A stretch of 64,000 nt of DNA from Bacteroidota bacterium (GTDB lineage Bacteria; Bacteroidota; Bacteroidia; Palsa-965): contig JADBYT010000021.1 of the NCBI GenBank assembly GCA_020402865.1, positions 7,263-71,262 on the forward strand, read 5' to 3'. The notes under the pieces were generated by a model. The model saw nothing but the letters and a program-made list of their open reading frames with translations, had not been told where the DNA came from and searched no databases. Shown here piece after piece: positions 1 to 10,138 of this stretch (positions within the stretch are counted from its first letter, which is position 1; the number at the start of each line of letters is the position of its first letter). A program made the translations under genes and the position numbers.

Positions 1-1318
1 ACCTGAAGCTGCGCCGGTTTCAAACCCGATACATTGCCACGCTGCCGACGAAACGAAACTGCCCTGCGATAATCCGTAGGCATTTGTAGCCACATACATG
101 GCCGAGCTTACACCGTAGGTCATTACAATATCTTTCAGCATGTTTTTGTCTTTCAAAAACTTCATTGAATGCTGAAAGAAGCGGTTGTAGGTAAGCACCT
201 CCGGGTCGGCATTGTATTTGGGATCGGAGTTTGACACCCACGGTTCGGGATATTTTGGTTGCGGCGGAGCTACCGTTTTAAGCGGATAGGCTTTGTCGGC
301 CTTAAAACGGCGCAGCAGTGCTTCCATGAAATCTTTCATGGTTACATCGCCGTATTTGAAATAGCCGGCGCGCACACCGTCGGTATTGGCCAGCACCATG
401 TTGGCATACTGCTTTTCAATAAACGTGAGGTAATCGTCGGTTATAATTGTGCCCAGTGTAAGCACACAGTCTGATTCGAGAATGGTATTGCGTACCGGCT
501 CAATGGAAGCTGCATCGGAGTATGTGCCCATGAATTTATTGCCCTTCTCGTCGAGCACCGCTTTGCCGAGACTTGTGGTGGTATAGATAAATCCGCTGGC
601 ATCAATAATTTTCTGAAGCAGGTCGGTAAGGCCAAAGCGCAGTATTTCCACACCGGCAAAAATCACCGGCTTTTTAGCTGCCGTAATCTGGCTCCACGCC
701 TGCTCTACCGCATTTTGCAGCGCAAGTGCAGGGCTTTTTACTTCGCGCGGCTTTAGCGGTGTTTTAGGCGGCGGCGGACAGGGCTGTCCCCACACTTCCT
801 TGTAGCAGGCAATATACACCGGGCGTTTTTGCGTAATGGCTTCAATCAGCAATTCATCAATCTGTTCGGCCGCGCCTACGTTTGTGCTGAGCGTAATTGC
901 TTTTACCGTTACGTTTTCATACACATTCTGATCGGCACGAAGATCGCCGGTGGAGTGATGAAAAAGCACATCGTACATATCGGTAATATTTCGCGCATCA
1001 GCACCCGGAGCAGCGCTGATTACCACAATCGGACTACGTTCTACCCAGGCACCGGCAATGGCATTAAGTGCGCTGAAGGTACTCACCCCGAATTGCAGCG
1101 AAACCGCAGCCAGTCCGCGTGTACGGGCATACGCATCGGCTGCATAGGCGGCATCCAGTTCATTGATGGCGCCGATTGTATTTACGCCCGGGAAATATTC
1201 CAGCGCCTGCGTGAAATGCTTTACATAATCGCCCGGAATCTGAAACACATCCGTAACGTTGAGTTGCTTAAGCCGGGTAAGCAGATAATCGGCTACTGTA
1301 AATGTTTTGTTGGCCATG
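1..1318 (-). CDS. Thiamine-pyrophosphate-dependent 2-keto-acid decarboxylase (indolepyruvate/pyruvate decarboxylase family). The N-terminus is in the window and the C-terminus lies beyond position 1.
   Basis: The reverse-strand reading from the ATG at 1318 gives MANKTFTVADYLLTRLKQLNVTDVFQIPGDYVKHFTQAL, with the GxPGDY TPP-enzyme N-terminal motif. The frame stays open to the window edge, which is why it is absent from the ORF track. The overlapping + ORFs (259..474, 829..1365) are antisense artefacts. Confidence 0.65.
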
Positions 1319-1618
1319 CGATAATTGAGTTGAAGTGGCGCTGCCGCAGCAGCTTGCTGATTTGATTACGCAAGCATGAACATGTAAAAACAGCTTGTTT
1401 GAACGAATATTCGTATTTCACTATTCAAATGAAAATGCGAGATATTAACAGCTGCTGAAACTCTTTACCAGCAAGGCATTCAGCGGGTCGGGTAGAATTA
1501 CCTGATTTGTTTTTGCGTAATAATACAGGTAGAAATCTGTATCCAGTTAATCAACAACCGCAGGGTTGCATCATAGCTAAATAACAGCAGGCAAAATCAA
1601 GTACCGGTAATATGAAGG

Positions 1619-2101
1619 ATGTCATTTTCAATTATTCCCGAAATCCGTTACTTTGCACGCATGGAAACACCCGTGAATACCGAGAATTTTTTTATGCTCA
1701 ATCTGCTGATTTTGCTGCTGTTTATTTTTCTGGCAGCCGCAGCGGGCGTTATTGCGTTGTTGTATGGCCGTGTGGTTTACAAACGCTGGTTTTCGTGGGT
1801 TCGTTTATTTGGCGGAGCCATGCTGGGAGGTTTGCTGGCATCAGGTGTAATCTGGTTTGCAAGTGAGTTTGGCAAACTTGATGAAAACAATTCGCTTGCA
1901 GGTTTCAATGATATGATGGTAATGATTTGCGCGTTGTTTTTGCCTCTCATGCTTATTATTCCGCTTCTCAGCATTGCCCAGCGCAACCGGAAAGCCAAAA
2001 TTGCCGAGCTAGAACTTGAAGTAGCGGCACTAAAGGCGCAACTTGCCTCCAAAGGACAATCGCAAACACCTCCTTCACCGCCCCCGGCTGCTACGGTTTA
2101 A
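1619..2101 (+). CDS. Small membrane protein with a C-terminal coiled-coil and Pro-rich tail (hypothetical).
   Basis: 160-aa ORF with three hydrophobic helices (LLILLLFIFLAAAAGVIALL, LFGGAMLGGLLASGVIWF, MMVMICALFLPLMLIIPLL), then KIAELELEVAALKAQLAS and PPSPPP. The start could be the downstream Met at 1661. Confidence 0.4.
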   Translation: MSFSIIPEIRYFARMETPVNTENFFMLNLLILLLFIFLAAAAGVIALLYGRVVYKRWFSWVRLFGGAMLGGLLASGVIWFASEFGKLDENNSLAGFNDMMVMICALFLPLMLIIPLLSIAQRNRKAKIAELELEVAALKAQLASKGQSQTPPSPPPAATV

Positions 2102-3234
2102 AACGCTTCGGCCACCACAAAGTAGAAATAGCCACCTTCGCGGCCGTGGCCGTAATCAAGCCGGATATTGAGCCGCTCGGCCGGATTTACCACAAAGCGT
2201 AAACCGGCACCTACCGAGTATTTAAGTGTGCGCATACTTACATCCGACGGGCGGTTAAACACATCGCCCGCCCCCGCAAAGCCCACCAGCCCGAAACGCC
2301 ACCACACCGGAAAACGATATTCAACCTGTGCCGCCACAAAATTCCGGTCGCGGAAACGGTTCTTCGGATAGCCACGTAAAATATCATCATTGCCCAACGT
2401 AGGCAAATCAAGAAACGGCACTTCACCCTCGGCATGCCGCGCTTTGGCCTGCACTGCCAGCACATGTTTGCGCCTAACCTGCCAGTATTTCTGATAAGTG
2501 GCGTTGATGTTCCAGTAGTTGAACGTGCTGCCCCATGCCGGATTGAAAATGTATGAGGTAAGTTCAATCAGCGACCCTTTGTAGGCATTAATCAGATTGT
2601 CGCGGCTGTCGTAAATAGCCACCAGCCCGATGGCGGATGCCGTGCCGCCCCTGTAGCCCGGAATAGTGCCCTGTTCAAGCAAACCGCCGGGTGTGTAGCT
2701 GAATCCGTACTCACGCCGGAACTGATAATCGAGCCCGGCAAAGAAATCGTACTTGCGGCTCATGCGTTTCAGCATAAGACTTTTTACGCTGATGTAGTTG
2801 TATTCGTATTTCTCGGCATTACTGCTTGAACTCTGATTGCCTATGCCGTAAAAACGATCGGGAAAATCGCGGTAACGCATTTCCCCTTCAAGCAGGTAGT
2901 TTTCGTTTCGCGTAAAAATTTTCCATTGCCCCCACACATCCAGCTGCCGGTTCTGTGTGTAATCGGCAAGGAACTGTACATACGAAATACGCGTTTCTTC
3001 TTCGTGCTCGAATTTAGGCGGCACTTTGAAGTAATATACTCCGGCGGCACCCGCAGCCCAGCGTGTATCAGGTGTGTAGTATAATAAGGGTAAAATGAAA
3101 AAGCCGCTTTTGTCGCTTTCAACCGTATCGCTGAGCGGTGAGAAACCGAAAAACTTCCGTTTTTCTTCTTCCTGTGCATTTGCCTGAAAGGCAGTGACCA
3201 GAAAGACCAATATCAGCATTAATTTACTTTTCAC
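2098..3234 (-). CDS. Outer-membrane beta-barrel protein (Omp85/surface-antigen-like, hypothetical).
   Basis: 378 aa with signal peptide MKSKLMLILVFLVTAFQANAQ, alternating aromatic/hydrophilic beta-strand pattern throughout, and a C-terminal aromatic residue (…VVAEAF) typical of OM beta-barrels. Confidence 0.5.
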   Translation of the reverse strand: MKSKLMLILVFLVTAFQANAQEEEKRKFFGFSPLSDTVESDKSGFFILPLLYYTPDTRWAAGAAGVYYFKVPPKFEHEEETRISYVQFLADYTQNRQLDVWGQWKIFTRNENYLLEGEMRYRDFPDRFYGIGNQSSSSNAEKYEYNYISVKSLMLKRMSRKYDFFAGLDYQFRREYGFSYTPGGLLEQGTIPGYRGGTASAIGLVAIYDSRDNLINAYKGSLIELTSYIFNPAWGSTFNYWNINATYQKYWQVRRKHVLAVQAKARHAEGEVPFLDLPTLGNDDILRGYPKNRFRDRNFVAAQVEYRFPVWWRFGLVGFAGAGDVFNRPSDVSMRTLKYSVGAGLRFVVNPAERLNIRLDYGHGREGGYFYFVVAEAF

Positions 3235-3347
3235 TTACATCGAGGTTTTCATTGGTCAAGATAAGTGCAAAAAACGTAGTGCAAATACACCTCATAAAAA
3301 TTAATACGTGTTTTATTCACGGGTAGGTGCGCCGGGCGCGGCCGCAC

Positions 3348-4442
3348 TCATTGTTTCATGCGCATCCCGATAAAAAGAAACGTCAGCACAGCAGCTCCAA
3401 TACCCAACATCCATAGCCATGTGGAATCTGTGGTCTTTTCTTCCTGCGCTGCAACCGTTGCTGCCGGTGGTTTTCTCATCAATGCAAATTTCTTCTCCTC
3501 TTCAAGGGCTGCTTTAAGTACAGCTTCATCTTTCAGTTTCCAGGCTTTTGCATTCGAAAACTGGGTAAAGCTATGGTAATGAATTTTCAAATAATGATTT
3601 CTAACGGCTTTCGCCGTATCCTCAAAAGGTATTTCTACCAATTCCGACTGAAGTGGTATTTTGCTTCCGGCTTCCCGCAGTTTGGATATGCGCTGTGCGG
3701 GATCGGGACTTACTGCGGGTGTGCCAAATTCTTGGGCCAGTTTCCACCAGGCCATACCCACTTCAATGCTGGTATTTTCAATTATTTGTGCAGCATCCGC
3801 ACAAATATCTCCCATAATCATATCGCCCGGCGAGGTAAATGGCAGGCGTTCATTCAGTTGAATATAAATTGCGTTGAGTGTGTTATACAATTTAACTTTT
3901 GCCGGGTCTTTGCCAAAAATACTTAGCCCAAAGTCCTTGCGGTTTATGTTCAGTACATGATTTTTGTCAAGCCATTGCGGATCTTTGGCAAGATTGATTT
4001 TTGCTTTCAGAATATCGGTATGTACCCACTCGGTTCCCTCGTGGGCATTGGGGTTCAGCGTGAGGCTGTATTCAATCCACTTCAGCGCCGAATCGTTTTG
4101 CCCGGCAAGTTCATAAGCCGTACCCAGATTGGCGGCAATTATATACTCGCGCGGATGAGCGGCGCTCAGCAAAAACAATATCCGAAGCCCTTGCCCCACA
4201 TAACCCCTTTTAAGCTGATTCACGGCAAAGTCTGATGAATCTTTGTACGTGGCACAGGCCGGGTTAAGTACACGTAATTCATCGAAATGACGGTCGGGCA
4301 ATTCTTCAAATCCGTTTAATCCGTGATATGCATTTCCTTTTATTCCATGAAACTCATATTCGTTTAAACAGGCCATGCCCGATACCGGCATAATAAGGCA
4401 GAGCAGAAAGGCTCCGAACAGTTTACCCACAGTCGATTTCAT
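3348..4442 (-). CDS. Exported TPR-like repeat protein with a C-terminal transmembrane anchor (hypothetical).
   Basis: The ORF-track ORF runs to 4496. An internal ATG at 4442 gives MKSTVGKLFGAFLLCLIMPVSGMA (signal-like). TPR-like segment GTAYELAGQNDSALKWIEYSLTLNPN. C-terminal TM WLWMLGIGAAVLTFLFIGM. Confidence 0.45.
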   Translation of the reverse strand: MKSTVGKLFGAFLLCLIMPVSGMACLNEYEFHGIKGNAYHGLNGFEELPDRHFDELRVLNPACATYKDSSDFAVNQLKRGYVGQGLRILFLLSAAHPREYIIAANLGTAYELAGQNDSALKWIEYSLTLNPNAHEGTEWVHTDILKAKINLAKDPQWLDKNHVLNINRKDFGLSIFGKDPAKVKLYNTLNAIYIQLNERLPFTSPGDMIMGDICADAAQIIENTSIEVGMAWWKLAQEFGTPAVSPDPAQRISKLREAGSKIPLQSELVEIPFEDTAKAVRNHYLKIHYHSFTQFSNAKAWKLKDEAVLKAALEEEKKFALMRKPPAATVAAQEEKTTDSTWLWMLGIGAAVLTFLFIGMRMKQ

Positions 4443-4522
4443 GCAAAGAGGTTTTAAATGAAACCACAAAACGCGCATGACTGCATCGTATTGCAAGCAT
4501 GCGCGTTTTGCTTTGTAAGTGG

Positions 4523-5428
4523 TCAGCCCTGCTGTATCCGCTGGTATTTTATACCGTTTCCGGGGTCAATTTTCTGAAGCAGCGGTACAATTTTGCCTTT
4601 CTCATCGGGCATGCCCTGCGTAAAGAGTTTCACTACTTCATCAGATTTTGCATTGAAGAAAATCTGCATCGGAAACGAAAGCGGGCGCTGTGCATGAATG
4701 GCTTCGAGACCTTGCAGGGCTTCGAGCACAGCGGCACGGCCAGCAGCCACATCGTTGTACATGATATCAAAGCCCAGGCGGTGATATTTGTAAATACAGC
4801 TGCGCATGGGCGCAAACAGCGGCTGCAGCATGTTTTCTACAAGCCAGTAGCGGTTTTTGGTGTCTTCCTGCGAACGCCAGCCGCGCTCGGGGGCGTTTTG
4901 CGCATTGGCTACAATGGTTTGCGCTTTTTGCCAGAATGGGGTGCCGCCGTTGAGTGAGAATGAATCGTAATCAAGTGCCAGAATTACATAAGCGTAATAC
5001 GCCAGCACCGAGGTAAGGTTGGTGGTGTGCTGGTTGATGGTGAAATCGAACGCCTGAAACTCGATGTATTTGAACTGAAAGTTTGGATCGTTGTGGTTGA
5101 GCATTACCGAATTGTACGACGATTTAAAGGCCGTGCGGGTTGACTGAATCTGCAACGTGGCTTTGTATTCGTCGTTCGAGAGTTTTTCGGTTACGTTTAT
5201 GAAGAAACTACAATTAATACGTTCATCGGGACCGAATACATCGTTTGTCCATTTCGTGTTATTAATAAACTCGAAAATGGCTTTCTGGAGGTTATCGAAA
5301 ATACGGCGTTCAGATGTGCCCTGAATCTGAGGCGACACCACCTGCACCTGGCAGTTGAGTTCCTGCGCCTGTGCGGCTGTGGCAGAAAAGCAGGCAATAA
5401 AAACAAGTAAGCGACTAAGCAGCTTCAT
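4523..5428 (-). CDS. DUF4835-family protein, the conserved partner downstream of coaBC in Bacteroidota.
   Basis: 301 aa, signal peptide MKLLSRLLVFIACFSATAAQAQ. It overlaps the coaBC stop by 1 nt and has the same position and orientation as DUF4835 genes in Bacteroidota (recalled from memory, not searched). Confidence 0.5.
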   Translation of the reverse strand: MKLLSRLLVFIACFSATAAQAQELNCQVQVVSPQIQGTSERRIFDNLQKAIFEFINNTKWTNDVFGPDERINCSFFINVTEKLSNDEYKATLQIQSTRTAFKSSYNSVMLNHNDPNFQFKYIEFQAFDFTINQHTTNLTSVLAYYAYVILALDYDSFSLNGGTPFWQKAQTIVANAQNAPERGWRSQEDTKNRYWLVENMLQPLFAPMRSCIYKYHRLGFDIMYNDVAAGRAAVLEALQGLEAIHAQRPLSFPMQIFFNAKSDEVVKLFTQGMPDEKGKIVPLLQKIDPGNGIKYQRIQQG

Positions 5429-6633
5429 CAGGTAAGAATAGTTTGGAGATAATCGGCAATATCGGCAGCTACTTCCGATTTTGTCTTCAGTTCAAATTTA
5501 AGTGTTTTTCCCTCGCGGGTCAGCAGGGAAATGCGGTTGGTATCTTTGCCAAAACCGGCCCCTTCATCGCGCAGTGAATTGAGCACAATGAAGTCGAGAT
5601 TCTTGCGTGTAAGTTTGCTTTGGGCGTTGGCTTCTTCGTTGTCGGTTTCGAGTGCGAAGCCGGCCAGTATTTGTTTGCCGGTTTTGCGGCGGCCCAGTTC
5701 GGCCAATGTATCGGGCGTTTGTTCGAGTTCAATTTGCGGCACACCGCCGGCTTCTTTTTTGATTTTGCTGCCTGCCGCATTTTTCGGCCTGAAATCGGCC
5801 ACAGCTGCGCTGAGAATGGCGGCATCACATTGGTCAAATACAGCGGTGGCGGCCTCGTACATTTCCTGCGCCGACGTAATGCTGATGCGTTTAATGCGCG
5901 GATGCTGAGTATGTAGTGCCACCGGTCCTGTAACCAGCGTTACATCAGCGCCACGGCGGGCCAGTTCCTCGGCCAGCGCAAAGCCCATTTTGCCTGTGCT
6001 GTGGTTGCCAATAAACCGCACCGGATCAATAGCTTCGTAAGTCGGGCCTGCCGTCACAAGGATATGTTTACCGCTAAGACGTTCGGCCTGTGCAAACGTT
6101 GCCGCAATGTGCTTTACAATCTCTTCGGGCTCGGCCAGCCGCCCTTCGCCGCTGAGTCCGCTGGCCAGCTCGCCGGTGCCGGGCGGAATTACATGCACAT
6201 CACGGCTTTTCAGCAAATGAAGATTAGCCTGTGTGGCGGCGTGATGATACATGTCCACATCCATGGCCGGCGCCACCATAACCGGGCAACGTGCAGAGAG
6301 GCAAACAGCCAGCAGCAGATTGTCGCACTGTCCGTGGGCAAGTTTGGCCAATGTATTGGCCGTGGCCGGAGCAATTATCAGCACATCGGCCCAGAGACCA
6401 AGTTCTACATGGTTGTTCCACGTGCCGTGCGCATCGGCCACAAACTCAGTAAGCACTTCATGTTTCGAAAGTGTGGCCAGGGTGAGCGGGGTTACAAAAT
6501 CGTGCGCAGCGCGGGTCATTACCACCTTTACTTCTGCCCCGTTTTTTACAAGCAGACGCACCAGCAGCGCAGCCTTATAAGCAGCAATACCGCCGGTTAC
6601 GCCCAGCACAATACGTTTACCCTGAAGGATCAT
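5428..6633 (-). CDS. coaBC: Bifunctional phosphopantothenoylcysteine decarboxylase / phosphopantothenate–cysteine ligase.
   Basis: 401 aa. N-terminal flavoprotein motif KRIVLGVTGGIAAYKAALLVRLL, and a C-terminal CoaB ligase half (…KHILVTAGPTYEAIDPVRFIGNHSTGKMG…). ATG at 6633 confirmed. Confidence 0.9.
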   Translation of the reverse strand: MILQGKRIVLGVTGGIAAYKAALLVRLLVKNGAEVKVVMTRAAHDFVTPLTLATLSKHEVLTEFVADAHGTWNNHVELGLWADVLIIAPATANTLAKLAHGQCDNLLLAVCLSARCPVMVAPAMDVDMYHHAATQANLHLLKSRDVHVIPPGTGELASGLSGEGRLAEPEEIVKHIAATFAQAERLSGKHILVTAGPTYEAIDPVRFIGNHSTGKMGFALAEELARRGADVTLVTGPVALHTQHPRIKRISITSAQEMYEAATAVFDQCDAAILSAAVADFRPKNAAGSKIKKEAGGVPQIELEQTPDTLAELGRRKTGKQILAGFALETDNEEANAQSKLTRKNLDFIVLNSLRDEGAGFGKDTNRISLLTREGKTLKFELKTKSEVAADIADYLQTILT

Positions 6634-6753
6634 GCACGAAAGTTAAGCACAATATCAGCACTCATCGCAAAAAACAAAATACGCTGAGTGCTATAAACAG
6701 AAAGACATGACAACCGTAAACGGAAGTCATGCCTTACTTATTTTATTGCCGGA

Positions 6754-7092
6754 TCAGGCGTTGCTGCCTTCTTCGCGGGCGGGGTTGCGGAAATACACTT
6801 TGTTTTCCACAAACTCCTGCATGGCAATGCTAACGGGTTTGGGCAAACGCTCGTAGAATTTCGAGATTTCAATCTGCTCACGGTTTTCAAACACCTCTTC
6901 GAGGTTGTCTGAATGTGTGGCAAATTCGTTCAGTTTACCCGTCAGTTCTTCGCGGAGTTCAGCGCTGATCTGATTGGCACGCTTGGCAATAATCGCTACC
7001 GATTCGTAGATATTACCGGTTTCGGTGTCGAGCTTGCGCACGTCGCGGGTTACTGTGGTAGGTTCGGCGTTGGTTTTCTTGAAGTCAACCAT
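6754..7092 (-). CDS. rpoZ: Small conserved protein, probably the Bacteroidota-type DNA-directed RNA polymerase omega subunit.
   Basis: 112 aa, acidic, with IYESVAIIAKRANQISAELREEL. Positioned between bamD and coaBC as in many Bacteroidota genomes. Confidence 0.5.
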   Translation of the reverse strand: MVDFKKTNAEPTTVTRDVRKLDTETGNIYESVAIIAKRANQISAELREELTGKLNEFATHSDNLEEVFENREQIEISKFYERLPKPVSIAMQEFVENKVYFRNPAREEGSNA

Positions 7093-7124
7093 GGTTGTTA
7101 TGAACGTTTGAAGTGATTGCTGAA

Positions 7125-7940
7125 TTAACGGGTCTTCTGTTGGTTACTGAATTCAGTTTGCAACTGAAGGGTATTGTTGTAAATCTTCTTCGCCTCGTCG
7201 GTAAACGGACTTACCGGGTAGGCAGTGGTGAATTTCTGGTATTCGTTGAGTGTATCTTTAATACGTAATTCTTTTTTGGTGTCGATACTGTTAACCGCAA
7301 GCTGGTAACGTGCCTGAAGGGTAAGGTACATGGCTTCTTCGCGGTAAATGGAACCCGGATAAGTTTTCACGAGTTGCTCAAACGCAGTAATGGCTGCTTT
7401 GTAATCGCCAATTTTCAGGTATTGGCGGGCAATGAGGAATTCTTTTTTCTGCAGCTTTTCATACATTTTATCAATCAGCTTGTTGCATTCGGGAATGCGC
7501 TTGCTGTTTGGGAATTGCTGGATGAAATACTGAAATTCATTAATGGCCTGATAGGTATCGGTCTGATCGAGTGAATACGGGGGAGAATTGAGATAATGGC
7601 AGTATGCGCTCATGTAGAGGCATTCTTCGGCGCGGGGGCTGAGCGGGAAGCTGCGGAAATAGCTGCGAAACTGGTAGCCGGCCATGATGTAATCACCAAG
7701 ATTGTAATTGCAGAATGCAAGGTGATAGGCCACATTCTCTGCTTTATCGGTGGTGCGCATCTGGGGATACAGCTCATCCAGCAACATCTGCGCTTTCACG
7801 TACTCGGCTTTGCCGAAGTATTCAAGTGCTTTGTTGTACTTCTCTTCCTGCGTGCCTTTTTTTTGAATTTTATTAAATTCATTACAGCCGCCGGCAAGAA
7901 GCAGAGCAAAAATTACAGAAATGAATGCAAGTTGGCGCAT
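7125..7940 (-). CDS. bamD: Outer membrane protein assembly factor BamD-like TPR lipoprotein.
   Basis: 271 aa with lipoprotein signal MRQLAFISVIFALLLAGGC and TPR-like repeats (YNKALEYFGKAEYVKAQ…, LKIGDYKAAITAFEQLVKTYP). Conserved synteny with rpoZ–coaBC. Confidence 0.6.
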   Translation of the reverse strand: MRQLAFISVIFALLLAGGCNEFNKIQKKGTQEEKYNKALEYFGKAEYVKAQMLLDELYPQMRTTDKAENVAYHLAFCNYNLGDYIMAGYQFRSYFRSFPLSPRAEECLYMSAYCHYLNSPPYSLDQTDTYQAINEFQYFIQQFPNSKRIPECNKLIDKMYEKLQKKEFLIARQYLKIGDYKAAITAFEQLVKTYPGSIYREEAMYLTLQARYQLAVNSIDTKKELRIKDTLNEYQKFTTAYPVSPFTDEAKKIYNNTLQLQTEFSNQQKTR

Positions 7941-8017
7941 ACCGATTCAGAAGGGCAAAAGTAATACTTTTTTACGTACCCGGCCCCGCCTTTTTTCAGT
8001 TTACCCACAGCAGGGTG

Positions 8018-8695
8018 TTAACTGCTTTCGGCCAGTTTTTGCAGTCCGGGCACATTCAGCAGACGTATTTTCCGTCCGTCGGTTGCCAGCAGGCCTTCAT
8101 CGCGCAGGCTGTGCAGTAGGCGGATCACCGTTTCGGTGGCTGTGCCCACCAGTCCGGCAACTTCTTCGCGGGTAAGCTGTACAGCCAGCGTACTGCCGTC
8201 TTTTTCAAAGCCGTAGGTTTCGGCCAGCAGCAGGGTTACTTCGGCCAAACGGGCGCGCACATGCTTGCGGGCGAGTCCGGCGAGGTGATGTTCGGCGTGG
8301 CGGAGTTCGGAAGTAAGCAGGCGGATAATGTAATGCGAAAGCACCGGGCTGTGGTCGAGCATTTGAAAGAGCACGGCCTTGGGAATAACCAGCACGGAGG
8401 TGGTTTCGAGCGCCGCCGCCGAGCATGAATATGCATCGTTGCCCAGCACGGCCCGGTAGCCCATCAGATCGCCCGGCCGCGCCAGATGCACAATCTGCTC
8501 ACGCCCCTGCAAATCAGTGGTAAACAGTTTCACTTTGCCGCGCTGCAAAATATACACGGATACCGGCTGTTTGCCCTCCAGAAAAAGCTCCTCACGCCGT
8601 TGAAATACCTGCACTGTACCCGCTTCGGCCAGCAGCTTTTCATCGGCCGGGGTAAGTGCTTCAAACGGGAAAGGCGGCGAATGCGGGACGAACAT
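8018..8695 (-). CDS. Crp/Fnr-family transcriptional regulator.
   Basis: 225 aa with a cNMP-binding-like N-terminal domain (…FLEGKQPVSVYILQRGKVKLF…) and a C-terminal HTH (LTREEVAGLVGTATETVIRLLHSLRDEGLL). ATG at 8695 confirmed. Confidence 0.8.
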   Translation of the reverse strand: MFVPHSPPFPFEALTPADEKLLAEAGTVQVFQRREELFLEGKQPVSVYILQRGKVKLFTTDLQGREQIVHLARPGDLMGYRAVLGNDAYSCSAAALETTSVLVIPKAVLFQMLDHSPVLSHYIIRLLTSELRHAEHHLAGLARKHVRARLAEVTLLLAETYGFEKDGSTLAVQLTREEVAGLVGTATETVIRLLHSLRDEGLLATDGRKIRLLNVPGLQKLAESS

Positions 8696-8770
8696 AGGTA
8701 GTAATGGTATAACAAACCTCCGCAGGCAATGTTGCCGGGCGGAGGTTTGCTGTGTAATTCAATATATTGC

Positions 8771-9985
8771 TTAAGCGCCTACCACCTGCTTCACCAGGTC
8801 GGCTGCTTCCTGAAGCTGAATTGCAGAGAATACTTTCAGGCCCGACTCCTCGATAATTTTCTTGGCTTCCTCAGCATTGGTGCCCTGAAGACGTACAATG
8901 ATGGGGACTTTGACATCGCCAATGTTTTTGTAAGCATCCACAATGCCCTGCGCCACACGGTCGCAACGCACAATGCCGCCAAAAATGTTTACCAGAATGG
9001 CTTTCACGTTTTCATCGCGCAGGATAATGCGGAAAGCCTGCTCAACACGGGCTGCGTTGGCTGTGCCGCCTACATCAAGGAAGTTGGCCGGCTCACCGCC
9101 AGAGAGTTTGATAATGTCCATAGTAGCCATGGCCAAACCGGCGCCGTTTACCATGCAGCCCACGTTTCCGTCGAGCTTCACATAGTTGAGGCCGTAGCTG
9201 CCGGCTTCCACTTCGGTGGCGTCTTCTTCGCTGGTATCGCGCAAGGCGGCCAGATCGGCATGACGATAAAGACCGTTGCCGTCGAGCGTTACTTTCGAGT
9301 CAACCGCGATAATCTTGCTATCACTGGTTTTGAGCACCGGGTTGATCTCAAACATGCTGGCATCAATGCTTTCGTAGGCTTTGTAAAGCGCCTGCACAAA
9401 TTTCACCATGCTTTTGAAGCTCTCGCCGCTCAGGCCGAGGTTGAATGCAATCTGACGGCACTGAAAATCGCGCAGGCCTACACGCGGGTCAATTTCTTCT
9501 TTAAATATCAGGTGCGGCGTATGTTCGGCCACTGATTCAATGTCCATACCGCCCTCGGTAGAATACATAATTACATTACGTCCGCTGCCACGGTTGAGCA
9601 GCACACTCATGTAAAACTCAGAAGGTTTTTCGGCACCGGGATAATACACGTCTTGTGCAATGAGCACTTTGTTTACGGTTTTGCCTTTTTCACCGGTTTG
9701 AAGTGTGATGAGCTTTTTGCCCAGAATGTTTTCTGAGATTTGCTTCACATCATCAAGCGATTTGGCCAAAGCCACACCACGCTGTTCGGTGCCTTCAATT
9801 TTGCCTTTTCCGCGCCCGCCGGCATGAATCTGCGATTTTACAACCCACCAGCCGGTGCCGGTTTGTTCCTGAAGTTTTTTGGCTGCTTCTACGGCCTGTT
9901 CCGGCGTATCGGCTACAATTCCTTCCTGAATGGCCACACCAAACTGCTTGAGAATGGATTTACCCTGATACTCGTGAAGATTCAT
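8771..9985 (-). CDS. sucC: Succinate–CoA ligase (ADP-forming) beta subunit.
   Basis: 404 aa. MNLHEYQGKSILKQFGV…WVVKSQIHAGGRGKG…ATP-grasp signature, and C-terminal CoA-ligase domain (GNVGCMVNGAGLAMATMD). The + ORF 8729..9535 is antisense to it. Confidence 0.95.
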   Translation of the reverse strand: MNLHEYQGKSILKQFGVAIQEGIVADTPEQAVEAAKKLQEQTGTGWWVVKSQIHAGGRGKGKIEGTEQRGVALAKSLDDVKQISENILGKKLITLQTGEKGKTVNKVLIAQDVYYPGAEKPSEFYMSVLLNRGSGRNVIMYSTEGGMDIESVAEHTPHLIFKEEIDPRVGLRDFQCRQIAFNLGLSGESFKSMVKFVQALYKAYESIDASMFEINPVLKTSDSKIIAVDSKVTLDGNGLYRHADLAALRDTSEEDATEVEAGSYGLNYVKLDGNVGCMVNGAGLAMATMDIIKLSGGEPANFLDVGGTANAARVEQAFRIILRDENVKAILVNIFGGIVRCDRVAQGIVDAYKNIGDVKVPIIVRLQGTNAEEAKKIIEESGLKVFSAIQLQEAADLVKQVVGA

Positions 9986-10138
9986 AATCGGCTTTTGTAT
10001 TTGAGAGTGTTAGAATTCGGTTTTGGTAATCGGGGGGTAAAATTAGCAGGATTTTGGAGATATGCTTCACCCTTTTTCTGGCCACTTTGGTTTACCCCTA
10101 ATTAAATTTCTTAAATTTAACTATCCCAAATTACTTGT

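Noticed and set aside
829-1365. 178-aa + strand ORF (and 259..474 +, 20..241 -, 441..659 -).
   Set aside because: These are antisense or out-of-frame relative to the long edge-truncated - strand TPP-enzyme reading frame, whose translation shows a clear family motif.
6001-6687. 228-aa + ORF, plus several 60–125-aa ORFs at 5520–6580.
   Set aside because: Antisense or overlapping coaBC.
8729-9535. 268-aa + ORF.
   Set aside because: It is antisense to sucC, which is unambiguous. The ORF is Gly/Ala/His-rich with no features.
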